DNA from: a virus
Lineage: Duplodnaviria; Caudoviricetes
DNA: 64,000 nt
Reading direction: 5' to 3' (one strand)
IMG/VR virus record: IMGVR_UViG_3300010376_000032
Coordinates: 1-64,000 of that record
How positions within the stretch are numbered: position 1 is the first letter of the stretch; every line of letters begins with the position of its first letter. The position numbers were made by a program, and so were the translations under genes. The notes below the pieces were generated by a model. It did not search any database. It saw only the letters and a list, made by a program, of their open reading frames with translations, and was not told the DNA's origin. Below, one piece after another: positions 9,089-17,955 of this stretch.

Positions 9089-9253
9089 CTACTTGTCCCG
9101 GTGCAGTACGACCCTCACCCAGTGCTGTCGTTCTGGGTAGGGCATGGCCTTGATCTCGGACAGGTTCCAGCCCGGGAATCTCTCTGAGATCCTCTGGTAC
9201 TGGAGGTAGAGGAGGTCGTTGGGAGTGAGCTTGCTAACGAAATAAGTCCACAA
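9089..9253 (-). CDS. Short tail-assembly-chaperone extension ORF (gpT/E'-like), probably expressed by frameshift
   Basis: Translated by hand in the +1 frame: ...FVSKLTPNDLLYLQYQRISERFPGWNLSEIKAMPYPERQHWVRVVLHRDK*; fills the gap between chaperone and TMP; stop abuts the TMP ATG. Confidence 0.68.
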   Translation of the reverse strand: MWTYFVSKLTPNDLLYLQYQRISERFPGWNLSEIKAMPYPERQHWVRVVLHRDK

Positions 9254-10088
9254 GGCTGACGGTGTAGTCGGCCTCCTGACCGCATTTCATACATGTCACC
9301 ATCACCTCCTCCATACGTGGACCTGGCTGTGCGTCACTCATCTTCTGGGCGATCTTGCGCCGGTCCGCCATGCTCATCTTCTGGGCCACGTTGCCTGCGA
9401 TGGGGTTGCCATCCAGGCGACGAATGCAACGGTCGATGGCGAGGGTGACTTCCTCCGGACCGGTGCGGTTGCCCTCGCCAACCATCTCCAGTTGCACGGC
9501 ACCGGTCAGCAGCGCCACGTTGGCCAGGTGGCCGTTGCGTAGCTCGATCTCGATCTCCTGGACCATAGGGTTGTCCAGCTTCTGGATGGGGATCGAGTCC
9601 AACTCCACGATGGTGCCGAAGGTCTGCCCACACATGCGACAGGGGAAGTCAGGTACCTCCCAGTCACGTCCGAAGGTGAGGATGCGGACAGCCAGCATCA
9701 GGGCGGCGCGGTCCCCGGTGAGCATGTCACCCAGCACCCAGGACGGCACCGGCTCGATGTCGCCAACAGCGAGCACGGTGCGCTTGAGCAACAGGTCGAC
9801 CACCTTGGCCACATTCACGGTCGGGTTGCGTAGCTCCCGAGCCATGGCCTCCTCGTCGGAGCCGTTGATCTCGCGGATGCGAGCCTCTGTGTGCAGCACT
9901 CCGTCCTTGTCCAGGTAGCCACCGGGCAGGACGGCGATGTTCGGCTCCAGGTCCGGCATGAGAGGGATGGTGGGCTTGGTCAGATCCCGCGACAGGTCGT
10001 TGACCTGCTCCGGTGAGGAGCGGGCATCGATCACATCGGGATCAAAGACGGTGGGTCCGGCGTAGGAACCGGGCAGAGGTGAGGTCAT
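9234..10088 (-). CDS. Tail/baseplate-hub assembly chaperone
   Basis: Lies between tube and TMP; CRMCG and CMKCG Zn motifs; GDR..L.LAVRI.T.G pattern. Confidence 0.72.
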   Translation of the reverse strand: MTSPLPGSYAGPTVFDPDVIDARSSPEQVNDLSRDLTKPTIPLMPDLEPNIAVLPGGYLDKDGVLHTEARIREINGSDEEAMARELRNPTVNVAKVVDLLLKRTVLAVGDIEPVPSWVLGDMLTGDRAALMLAVRILTFGRDWEVPDFPCRMCGQTFGTIVELDSIPIQKLDNPMVQEIEIELRNGHLANVALLTGAVQLEMVGEGNRTGPEEVTLAIDRCIRRLDGNPIAGNVAQKMSMADRRKIAQKMSDAQPGPRMEEVMVTCMKCGQEADYTVSLVDLFR

Positions 10089-10699
10089 ACCGTCGCAGAG
10101 CTACTCAAGAACTTGCCGATGTCCTGAGAGGCACAAAGCACACCGAAGCCTTCATGTGCAAGCGTGAGCGTCTCTATAAACACCGCGTTGCCCCCCGCTT
10201 CCAGGTCACTGAAGCTGTAGTTCATGGGCCAAGCGTTGTAGACAAAGAAGCGGGCCTTGATGGGTGGTGGGTTGTCAACGCCCGCGGCGTAGCCGGTGCT
10301 GGTGATGGGGTGCTCCAGCACGTCGATCGTGACGCTGACTCGGAAGTCAGTGGTCGGACCGCCGAAGCCCTTGCCCACCGACACCGAGAAGATCTGGCTG
10401 AACCACTTGTACACCTCATTGGTGCCGACTCCGGTCGCTACCGCGTTCCCATTTGCCACAGGTGCGGCCATGAATCCCCGAGTAAATGTCAGTGGACCAA
10501 AGTCAGATTGGCCGGGCATTTTGCGAGTAGTTGTGTTGTTACCACCCTCCCTATATGGGATTACCTCGTTGTTTACTGACAGGCCGGATACGGCCATGAA
10601 ACCCATGCGAGCCATGGTGGGAATCTGGGGATGGTTGATGTTGACCTGGAAACGGAAGTTCCGCAGCGGGTCAGAGTTCAGCGGTCTGTTGTTGGCCAT
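10085..10699 (-). CDS. Tail tube protein (T4 gp19-like)
   Basis: DPLRNFRFQV...GF..VSGL......I.YREGG......K.PGQ..F..LT..RG; YNAWP......DL.AG.N.V.IETLTLAHEG. Confidence 0.92.
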   Translation of the reverse strand: MANNRPLNSDPLRNFRFQVNINHPQIPTMARMGFMAVSGLSVNNEVIPYREGGNNTTTRKMPGQSDFGPLTFTRGFMAAPVANGNAVATGVGTNEVYKWFSQIFSVSVGKGFGGPTTDFRVSVTIDVLEHPITSTGYAAGVDNPPPIKARFFVYNAWPMNYSFSDLEAGGNAVFIETLTLAHEGFGVLCASQDIGKFLSSSATV

Positions 10700-10708
10700 G
10701 GTGCCTCC

Positions 10709-12343
10709 TTATGACGTGCTGACGGACACGGTCTGCCCGCCCGCCCACTGACCGATCTTGATGACGACAAACTCGGCGGGGTACTCCAGCGAGACACCGA
10801 CCTCGACGTTGACGATGCCGTTCTGAATGGACTGCGGCGTGTTGTTGGTGGAGTCACAGGTCACGTAGTACGCCTGGGAAGCACTGGTCCCCGACAACCC
10901 GCCGCTCTGCCAGAAGGCGCCCAAGAACTGGCTGATCACCGACGTGATCAAGTTCCACAGCACCCAGTCGTTCGGCTCAAAGACGGCGAACTTAGTCATA
11001 GCCGCCAACTGAGTGGAGAGATAGATCAGCGTGCGGGTGACGGGTACATAGCGGGTGACCAGGTACTGTGACAAGGTCCGTGCCCCCCATACCACCACCC
11101 CAGACCCGGGCACCGAGATCAGACAGTTGACCATGGACTGGTTGAGGTTGCCCATGTCGACGTTGGTGAGTACGCCCGTAGCCTCGACGCCATAGACGCC
11201 GAGCAGGGAGGTGCCCAGTCCGGCGGGCGCCTTGGCCACACCTCGATTCAGATCGGTAGCGATGTAGGTGCCGACGACGTACCCGCCCGGTGCCACCGTA
11301 CGGGTGACGCCTGCGTTGGGCGAGTACGGATCGGAGATGATCACCTGCGGGTAGTACACCGCCGCCTTCTCCGACCGGCCCAGGTTGATAGCCCAGGCAG
11401 CCATAGCGGTGGGGGTGTAAGCAGGCGGGCAATCCAGCACCACGAAGCAGTCACCACGAGTCTGGGCCAGGCCCACGATGGGACCGGTCACGGTCGGATC
11501 CCACTGACCGCACAGGTTGATCACGAAGGGCTGGTCGGGGAACTGGTTCAGGAGGGCGAAGGCGTTCTGAAAGTCCGTAGGCTGTGGTGTCGGGGCATTC
11601 GCGGGCGGGGCGGCAGGAGTACTGCCGTCGAGTCCACCACTCAGTTGAAGGCCATTGACCGTGGCCGGGTTGTTGGCTGGTGCTGCGGTGGTCGAGTGCT
11701 GGTCCACCAGAGTGATGTAGTTCGATCCGGTATAGGGGCTGTTGACGACGTTGAGGGCGTAGTTGTTGATGCCCGCGTTCATAGAGGTGGCCACCATGGA
11801 TACATCCGGCCACACCTCAACGATGTTGGCGGGACCAGGTGTCCCCGGGGGGCCTCCGGCGACAGCAGGTGGACAATAATGCACCACGATGTTGAAGCTC
11901 AGCACCTGCGACCCCGCCGGGGCGGTGGGGTTCAGGAGCGTACCGGGTGTGATGTCAACGAAGACGTTGTTACCCCACTGGCCCGGGTTGTCGGCAACGA
12001 CTTGCAGCGTGGCCTTGGGAGTGCCGGTGGCCGAGTCGTTCAGCATCTTGGTGGCGGCAACGGGCGGGGATGCCGCCGTGGTCATGCGGATGATGACCGC
12101 CGAGGTGCCACCCGCAGAGAAGTAGGAGTACACGGCCAGATGCAACTGACTCGGGGCGTAGGCAGTCTCAAATCCGCCATAGTTGCTCACGAATGCCTTC
12201 CAACTGGACACAACTGTTGGCGTCAGTGGCCCGCGAGGGCACATACCGATGAAGCACGCTGACGCCGTACCTGGCGTGGCACTGACATAGGTGGGAAAAG
12301 CGGACTGATCCACATATACGCCAGGCCGAGTGAGGACAGCCAT
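10709..12343 (-). CDS. Contractile tail sheath protein
   Basis: RPGVYV at the N-terminus; AVYYP, RGVAKAPAG, VVWGARTL, YVPV.R, FAVFEPND, CD.TNN, P.EFVVI. Confidence 0.94.
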   Translation of the reverse strand: MAVLTRPGVYVDQSAFPTYVSATPGTASACFIGMCPRGPLTPTVVSSWKAFVSNYGGFETAYAPSQLHLAVYSYFSAGGTSAVIIRMTTAASPPVAATKMLNDSATGTPKATLQVVADNPGQWGNNVFVDITPGTLLNPTAPAGSQVLSFNIVVHYCPPAVAGGPPGTPGPANIVEVWPDVSMVATSMNAGINNYALNVVNSPYTGSNYITLVDQHSTTAAPANNPATVNGLQLSGGLDGSTPAAPPANAPTPQPTDFQNAFALLNQFPDQPFVINLCGQWDPTVTGPIVGLAQTRGDCFVVLDCPPAYTPTAMAAWAINLGRSEKAAVYYPQVIISDPYSPNAGVTRTVAPGGYVVGTYIATDLNRGVAKAPAGLGTSLLGVYGVEATGVLTNVDMGNLNQSMVNCLISVPGSGVVVWGARTLSQYLVTRYVPVTRTLIYLSTQLAAMTKFAVFEPNDWVLWNLITSVISQFLGAFWQSGGLSGTSASQAYYVTCDSTNNTPQSIQNGIVNVEVGVSLEYPAEFVVIKIGQWAGGQTVSVSTS

Positions 12344-12346
12344 TTT

Positions 12347-13123
12347 CTAACCTCCTGCTGTGGTTGACGAGTACTGCCCGGTGATGGTTTCGTTGTCCAG
12401 GAACTCGCCTGGAGAGATGGTGTCTATGGCACGCTCGCCCCACAGCAAGTCTCCGGTGTCCTTCTCGATGATGCTCAGGACCACCCGCTCGACGCGGGTA
12501 CCGGAGATGGCGATGGGGGACTCGATGTCGGTGGGGATGCGGATGCGGTAGATCTGGCGGAAGAGCCGCTTGTCGGACTCCATACCGTTGGTGCGGGTGG
12601 TGCCCAGTACCTCCAGGCGGCGCACCGTCCCTCCCGGGCAGTTCACGATGGCGAAGCGAGGGTGCAGTCGGCCCAGGGCCAGGGTGCCGCTCATCTGGGA
12701 GATGTGCTGGTTGATACGGGCGCTGGCCGTGACCGTGTAGTCGAAGTCCATGGGGAGGGGGTACTCCATGGAGGGCGGCGGGTCATCCATGGGGATGTTC
12801 TGCAAGTAGCGGTACCAGACCTGGACCCAACCCCGGTGCTCGCGCTCATGCGCCACCCGCTCCCCGGTGAAGTTGATCACGATGTTGGGGTAGGTGATGC
12901 GCCGAGTTTCCCTCTCTGGGTTGTGAAACCACACCGGCACCGGGCGGGGCGCTTCCTCTGGGGCGTTGAGGTCGGTGACGGTGACGCCCTGGAGCAGGTT
13001 CTTCAGCCCCATGTCCTCTTCGGTGTAGAGGCCGAGGAAGGGCGGGTTGGGGTCAGTGTCGAAGGTGGGGTTGGGATTGGTGGGGTAGGTGGCGTTGCTC
13101 ACCAGCGCCGCCCCATTTGCCAC
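12347..13123 (-). CDS. Probable tail terminator/sheath completion protein
   Basis: Immediately upstream of the sheath; YP.I.I...E..HEREH.G and YP.P.D.DY.V pattern. Confidence 0.6.
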   Translation of the reverse strand: MANGAALVSNATYPTNPNPTFDTDPNPPFLGLYTEEDMGLKNLLQGVTVTDLNAPEEAPRPVPVWFHNPERETRRITYPNIVINFTGERVAHEREHRGWVQVWYRYLQNIPMDDPPPSMEYPLPMDFDYTVTASARINQHISQMSGTLALGRLHPRFAIVNCPGGTVRRLEVLGTTRTNGMESDKRLFRQIYRIRIPTDIESPIAISGTRVERVVLSIIEKDTGDLLWGERAIDTISPGEFLDNETITGQYSSTTAGG

Positions 13124-13506
13124 CAGGACGGCTGGGCGTACTCCATCAGGCTGTTATGGAACTGCTGCTCGACCTCGCCGGACTGCTGAGCCAGGTCCAT
13201 GGCCACATCGCTGACCTGATAGTTGCTGTGCATCTCCTGCGCCCGAGACATGAGGGGATGGTCCTCCGGCAGGCCGACATGGACGTTGGCCTTGTCGCCC
13301 CATACCTGGAAGGCGCGGCCCACATCCTGGTAGCTGGCCAGGCTGGAGTCGCCACGCACCAGGTTCCGCATGTCGGCTCGTAGAGATCCGGCTGCCTTCG
13401 TCGCCGCCGCCCTGACCTGCCGCTCGTTGAGCTTGCCGTATTGCTTTGCGGTTCTTTCCAACCTGCTGAGGTCAGATTTATTGACGCAGCTAAATACGGA
13501 GGACAT
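13099..13506 (-). CDS. Hypothetical protein, probable neck component
   Basis: 135 aa with GAGGAG RBS; first gene of the tail operon. Confidence 0.55.
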   Translation of the reverse strand: MSSVFSCVNKSDLSRLERTAKQYGKLNERQVRAAATKAAGSLRADMRNLVRGDSSLASYQDVGRAFQVWGDKANVHVGLPEDHPLMSRAQEMHSNYQVSDVAMDLAQQSGEVEQQFHNSLMEYAQPSWWQMGRRW

Positions 13507-13576
13507 TTCTCCTCAGATCTGGGCGATTTTTCTGGCGATTACAGCTTGACCGGTGTTAGCGGACCGGATAGTTGCA

Positions 13577-13630
13577 AGCGTAGGCCGGGGTGTCGCGTCC
13601 CCCTTTGTCACCCGAACATAGCCTTGGCTT
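13577..13630. promoter_or_regulatory. Divergent promoter region: TACGCT (minus, 13577-13582) and TAGCCT (plus, 13619-13624, 6 nt before GTG 13631)
   Basis: Only sizeable gap between divergent operons; TAnnnT hexamers on both strands. Confidence 0.55.
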
Positions 13631-14761
13631 GTGTCAATGACTGGTCCAGTCTCGGGCCTCCCGAACCCCTACGACATCACCGCGGGGCAACCTGGGCAGT
13701 ACCCCGACACCGATCAGGGGCTGCCGTACCCACCCGTCGATCCTTCCTCGACGCAGCGCATCGCCCAGATGGCGCGTCTGCGCCTACGGGATCTACCCCG
13801 GCCCTTCATCTGTCGCCAGGTGTGCTCCGGTGTGGCCTGGCGGTTTGAGCTTCCCGTGGAAAATGTGAGCGCCGCCAATCTCCAGGTGGCGCTCACCGAC
13901 ACCACACCGGGGGGTACTACCAGCCCGGTACTGGGCACCGACTTCGTCCTCGATGAGCACGGCGGGGTGCTGGTCTTCACCGAGGCGCCGAAGCAGGGCC
14001 TGCTCATGATGGCGCAGGGCACGTACTACCGGGATTTCCTACCCCCCGAGCTTGACCTCTACATCCGCGCCGCCTACCTGCAGCACACCTACGGGACCGA
14101 TCCGCCCGAGCAGATCGACGGCGGCTACCCCCCGGTCATGCCACCCCAACTCGGGACAACGGGGCAGCCCATCACCTACGGCACCCCGGCGCCCATGACG
14201 CTCAACGAGGTGGAGGAGTATCCCGTCTCGATCCTGGTGGCGGTCATGGCGCTTTGGGATATCGCCACGGGCGTTGCCCAGCAACATGATGTGCATACCC
14301 CTGACGGCGTGACGATCCCCTTCGGCCAGATTTTCCAGCAACTCATGGCCATGATCAACGCCCTCCAGGCGCAGTACCAGGCGCTGTCGAGCGCCCTGGG
14401 CGTGGGCCTCTACCGGATCACCCAGAGCCGACTGCGGCGGGTGTCGCGGACGACGAAGCGGCTCGTCCCGATCTACCGGTCGAAAGAGTATGACGATCTG
14501 ACTTGGCCCCAGAGATCGCTCCCAGAGGTCGATGCCGTGGAACCGATCTACACCTACCAGGGGGCCTGGGATGGAGGGACGGCGAACTGCCCCGCCCGGT
14601 CCTATGCCACCAATGACCTGGTCGACTACAAAAACCGGCGCTACGTATGCCTCCAGCCCAACACGAATATTGAGCCGGATCGCGACGTGGACCCATGTAC
14701 GGGGTCGGGCTACTACTGGGCCTGGAGCACCATCAACACCGGATGGGTGGGTTGGTGGTGA
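13631..14761 (+). CDS. Head-tail adaptor/neck protein with a C-terminal CBM5/12-like aromatic domain
   Basis: Precedes a stopper-like gene; C-terminal YQGAWD...SYATNDLVDYKNRRYVCLQPNT..EP......YW. Confidence 0.6.
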   Translation: MSMTGPVSGLPNPYDITAGQPGQYPDTDQGLPYPPVDPSSTQRIAQMARLRLRDLPRPFICRQVCSGVAWRFELPVENVSAANLQVALTDTTPGGTTSPVLGTDFVLDEHGGVLVFTEAPKQGLLMMAQGTYYRDFLPPELDLYIRAAYLQHTYGTDPPEQIDGGYPPVMPPQLGTTGQPITYGTPAPMTLNEVEEYPVSILVAVMALWDIATGVAQQHDVHTPDGVTIPFGQIFQQLMAMINALQAQYQALSSALGVGLYRITQSRLRRVSRTTKRLVPIYRSKEYDDLTWPQRSLPEVDAVEPIYTYQGAWDGGTANCPARSYATNDLVDYKNRRYVCLQPNTNIEPDRDVDPCTGSGYYWAWSTINTGWVGWW

Positions 14762-14831
14762 CGCGCTGGCATTTCCGTTGGCGCTGTGAGGTAGCCGTCG
14801 CCATGCGCCGCCGTCGCTGCAGGAGGCTCTG

Positions 14832-15338
14832 ATGCCGATTTACACGCCAGGCTGGGAGCAGAAGAACCAGATGATCCGCATGAACGAGGTCATGCGGAAC
14901 TACCAGCGCTACTGGGGCGAGAACGTGCTGTGGTCGGAGTACGACGCTATGGCCTCCACCAAGAACAACGTCTACGACGAGGGGCCGAACCGCAACTGGT
15001 ACGACCCGGTGGTCCTGCCCGTGTTCTTTCTCAGTTTTCGCCAGGACGATCCCATCGACTCCGATCAGGGCTTCTATGTCCTCTCCACCGCCCAGGTCAC
15101 CTTCCAGGTCACCGAGGCCATGGACCGGTTCCGGATAAACCCGCTGTACACGGCCTCACACTTCCGTGACCGATTTTCCTACGACAACATCGTGTATCGC
15201 GTCACCCGTTATGAGAAGCAAGGCTTCGTGCATGGCACCTACCTGACCATCTCGGCGCTGGGCGAGCAGGTCAAGGGTGAGGAAGTCGTCAACGACGCCC
15301 AGCAACAGGACTTCTTCGTTCAGACCCTGGTGTGGTGA
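14832..15338 (+). CDS. Probable head closure/stopper protein
   Basis: AGGAGG RBS; beta-rich with RDRF.YD..VYRV pattern; follows the adaptor. Confidence 0.58.
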   Translation: MPIYTPGWEQKNQMIRMNEVMRNYQRYWGENVLWSEYDAMASTKNNVYDEGPNRNWYDPVVLPVFFLSFRQDDPIDSDQGFYVLSTAQVTFQVTEAMDRFRINPLYTASHFRDRFSYDNIVYRVTRYEKQGFVHGTYLTISALGEQVKGEEVVNDAQQQDFFVQTLVW

Positions 15339-15339
15339 T

Positions 15340-16242
15340 ATGGCTCGACTTCCAGTAACCGGCGGCGACGGCGAGGCGTGGGGGGACATCCTCAACCAGT
15401 ATTTGCTCGTCGCTCACAATGCCGATGGCACCCAGGTAAACCCGGTCATCCTGAACCAGACCGTCACGGCCTCCGGCACCGTCACCGCTCCCTCCTGGGC
15501 CACCAAGGCTGAGGTCATCGTTGTCTCGGGGGGCTGTGGTGGAGGCGGTGCTGGAAGCGCTCTCACTTCTGGTGGCGTAACCGCTCAAGTAGGTGGGACA
15601 GGTGGCCTCTCAGGCAACTGCACGATCGCCATGTTCGGTCCTTTCACCGGGGGCCAGACCTTCACCGCGACCGTGGGAGCAGGGGGAACCGGTGGAGCGG
15701 GCGGCACAGCCAACGGCGGCGCCGGACAGGCGGGAAACCAGGGTGGTGACACCCGATTCCAGCAGGGATCGGGCTTCCTGGTAGATGCCGGTCTTGGAAG
15801 CTACGCCGCCGGTCACCCAGCAGGCATTCCTAGCTCTGGCAATAGCACCACCGCACCAACGGTGTACGCCATTTGGTCACCATCCAGTGGTTGGACTCTC
15901 ACCTGGGGTCCACCAATATGGGCTGGTGGATCCGGTGGCTACCCCGGTGGTCCCGCCATGTTGTATGTAGGTGGCGGCGGCGGTAGTGGTGCAGTTGCTA
16001 CTGCCACACTTGGTGGAGGTGGTGGAAACGCTGGGTCGCTGGGAGGTGGCGGCGGTAGCAATAGCGGCGGCGGACATGCTGGGGCTGGCACTGGTCCTAC
16101 CAGCAGTGGCTTAGCTGGACAGAACGGCACCGACCCCGGTTCCGGTGGAGGTGGTGGGGGCGGGGGCGCCCCGGGAGGGACGGGTGGCGCAGGTGGGAAT
16201 GGTGGTCCAGGAATTATCTACATCAGGTGGTTTGCACAATGA
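15340..16242 (+). CDS. Glycine-rich tail fibre/adhesin-like protein
   Basis: Start reset to ATG 15340 (MARLPVTGGDGEAWGDILNQYL..AHNADGT); long GGGGG/GG.GG repeats ending GG.GIIYIRW. Confidence 0.7.
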   Translation: MARLPVTGGDGEAWGDILNQYLLVAHNADGTQVNPVILNQTVTASGTVTAPSWATKAEVIVVSGGCGGGGAGSALTSGGVTAQVGGTGGLSGNCTIAMFGPFTGGQTFTATVGAGGTGGAGGTANGGAGQAGNQGGDTRFQQGSGFLVDAGLGSYAAGHPAGIPSSGNSTTAPTVYAIWSPSSGWTLTWGPPIWAGGSGGYPGGPAMLYVGGGGGSGAVATATLGGGGGNAGSLGGGGGSNSGGGHAGAGTGPTSSGLAGQNGTDPGSGGGGGGGGAPGGTGGAGGNGGPGIIYIRWFAQ

Positions 16243-16433
16243 GCCTCAATCACTGGGCAGTAATCGAGAGCGACACCATCACCAACGTGGTCATCTGCGA
16301 GGACGCCACCTACGGCAACGATCAAGGTTGGATGGAGTTGGAGGGCAAGGATCCCATGCCCTGGATGGGGTGGACCCTGGTCGATGGCGTCTGGACTCCA
16401 CCGCCCCCACCTGAAGAACCACCAACGGCGTAG
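16239..16433 (+). CDS. Small fibre-associated chaperone-like protein
   Basis: ATGA overlap; WAVIE...I.NVVI...W.GWTLVDGVW.PP pattern typical of genes after Gly-rich fibres. Confidence 0.6.
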   Translation: MSLNHWAVIESDTITNVVICEDATYGNDQGWMELEGKDPMPWMGWTLVDGVWTPPPPPEEPPTA

Positions 16434-16435
16434 AT

Positions 16436-16891
16436 ATGCCTCTCACCCTCTACGACTTCTACCTCGACGCCTGGGCCGACTGGCAGCGCACCATCCGCCT
16501 GCGCGATCCCAATACCAACGAGCTTGTGCCGCTCTCGGCCGCGCTCATGGAGATCCGCAACACCAACGGCGTGCTGGCCATGCGCCTCGACCAGGTCAGC
16601 AGCCGCTGCGTGATCGGGCCGGACGGCGCCTCGATCCTGCTGCACATCCCTGCCGAGGACAGCTATACCACCTTCCACTACGGCAGCTACCCGGGCGCCG
16701 TACAGGCCGTAGGCATCTGGGGCATCGGGCGGGCCTACATGTACGACCTCTTCGCCACCTATACCAGCACGGGCGCACAGGTCCGGATACTGCGCGGTTG
16801 GTTCCATGTAGACCCGAATATCTCCATGCCCGCCGGGGCGGGGCCGGTTACACCGGGAGCGCCATCGCCCTACGCGGCTAACACCTCGTAA
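16436..16891 (+). CDS. Virion adaptor-like protein (BppU/LtfC-like Ig fold)
   Basis: [10 protein letters not shown]......L..A.MEIR...YDL.....G....ILRG.F.V.P pattern. Confidence 0.55.
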   Translation: MPLTLYDFYLDAWADWQRTIRLRDPNTNELVPLSAALMEIRNTNGVLAMRLDQVSSRCVIGPDGASILLHIPAEDSYTTFHYGSYPGAVQAVGIWGIGRAYMYDLFATYTSTGAQVRILRGWFHVDPNISMPAGAGPVTPGAPSPYAANTS

Positions 16892-16899
16892 GGAGCCTG

Positions 16900-17955
16900 A
16901 TGTCCACCATCTCGACCCCCACCGAAGACATCATCGAGATCCTGGAGTCAGGTATGCCGGGGCCTGCCGGTCCCGCAGGGCCGCAGGGGCCAGGCGGGGT
17001 GCAGGGTCCGGTCGGCCTGCCAGGCCCAGTCGGTCCCAGTGGTCCCCAGGGGCCTCCAGGCGGCTTTGTTATCGCCCGGGTGGTACCAGACACCTCGTAC
17101 CTACCTGCCGTGCCTGCCAACGCCGACATGGGAAAGGTGTGGCTGGTCGGGACCACCACCTATATCGTCCACTTCTACGACCCAGTGACCGGCTGGATGA
17201 CGCTGAACATCGCGGCCGGTCCCCAAGGACCACCAGGCGCCAACGGCGCCATGGGCGGGCAGGGTATCCAGGGAGCCACCGGGCCAATCGGACCGCAAGG
17301 ACCGGTCGGGGCTACCGGGGCCACGGGCGGCATGGAGCAACTGATCCCGCCGTCATGGATAGACGCCACTCCACTGGTAGTGGCACCTTGGAAAGTGATC
17401 CCAGGTTCCAGCGCCGCCTACATGATTGACGGCTGGGGCCGGTGCCAACTGACCGGAGAGATCTACTACCCAGGCGGCAATCCTCCTGACGGGTCGATCT
17501 TCTTCTCCTTGCCCGAGGGCACGAACCCACCCCAGAACGCGGTGCTGCCCGTGGTCGAGGACGTGATCCCGCCGCGCATGTACCGCGTCGATGTTTGCTA
17601 CGACGGCAATATCCGCCTGCGCTGGCCAACGCAGAACTCCACCGGACAACTCTTCCTCGACAACATCTCCTGGATGACACAGCAACAGGGCATCCTGGAG
17701 CCACCGCCTCAGCCCCAGCCACCGCCTAACCCGGTCATCTACGGCTTCACACTGGGCAACCCCACCCCGGCAGGCTCGCCGTACACCATCACCCACAACA
17801 TCGGCACCACCGATGTCATCGTCCAGGTCTACGACCTCGTGACCTACCACATAGTCGAGGTGGGGGTGATCATCGTGAACCAGAACAGCATCCAGATAAC
17901 CGTCGATGCCCCGGTGCCGCATGCCTTGCGAATCGTAATCAGTGGAGCGCCATAA
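16900..17955 (+). CDS. Collagen-repeat tail fibre protein
   Basis: Two Gly-X-Y runs ([10 protein letters not shown]...); C-terminal [18 protein letters not shown] domain; TAAGGAG RBS. Confidence 0.78.
   Translation: MSTISTPTEDIIEILESGMPGPAGPAGPQGPGGVQGPVGLPGPVGPSGPQGPPGGFVIARVVPDTSYLPAVPANADMGKVWLVGTTTYIVHFYDPVTGWMTLNIAAGPQGPPGANGAMGGQGIQGATGPIGPQGPVGATGATGGMEQLIPPSWIDATPLVVAPWKVIPGSSAAYMIDGWGRCQLTGEIYYPGGNPPDGSIFFSLPEGTNPPQNAVLPVVEDVIPPRMYRVDVCYDGNIRLRWPTQNSTGQLFLDNISWMTQQQGILEPPPQPQPPPNPVIYGFTLGNPTPAGSPYTITHNIGTTDVIVQVYDLVTYHIVEVGVIIVNQNSIQITVDAPVPHALRIVISGAP

Noticed and set aside
7301-9187. 628-aa antisense ORF opposite the TMP
   Set aside because: Typical high-GC shadow frame with no motifs; the same applies to 4494-5516, 11645-12262, 31443-32501 and many other overlapping track ORFs
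12343-12349. Readthrough fusion of terminator and sheath (TAG-AAA-ATG in frame)
   Set aside because: A well-spaced GGAGG RBS explains independent initiation
2377-13123. Stand-alone contractile injection system (eCIS/tailocin/T6SS)
   Set aside because: Capsid, portal, terminase and replication genes are present, so this is a complete phage
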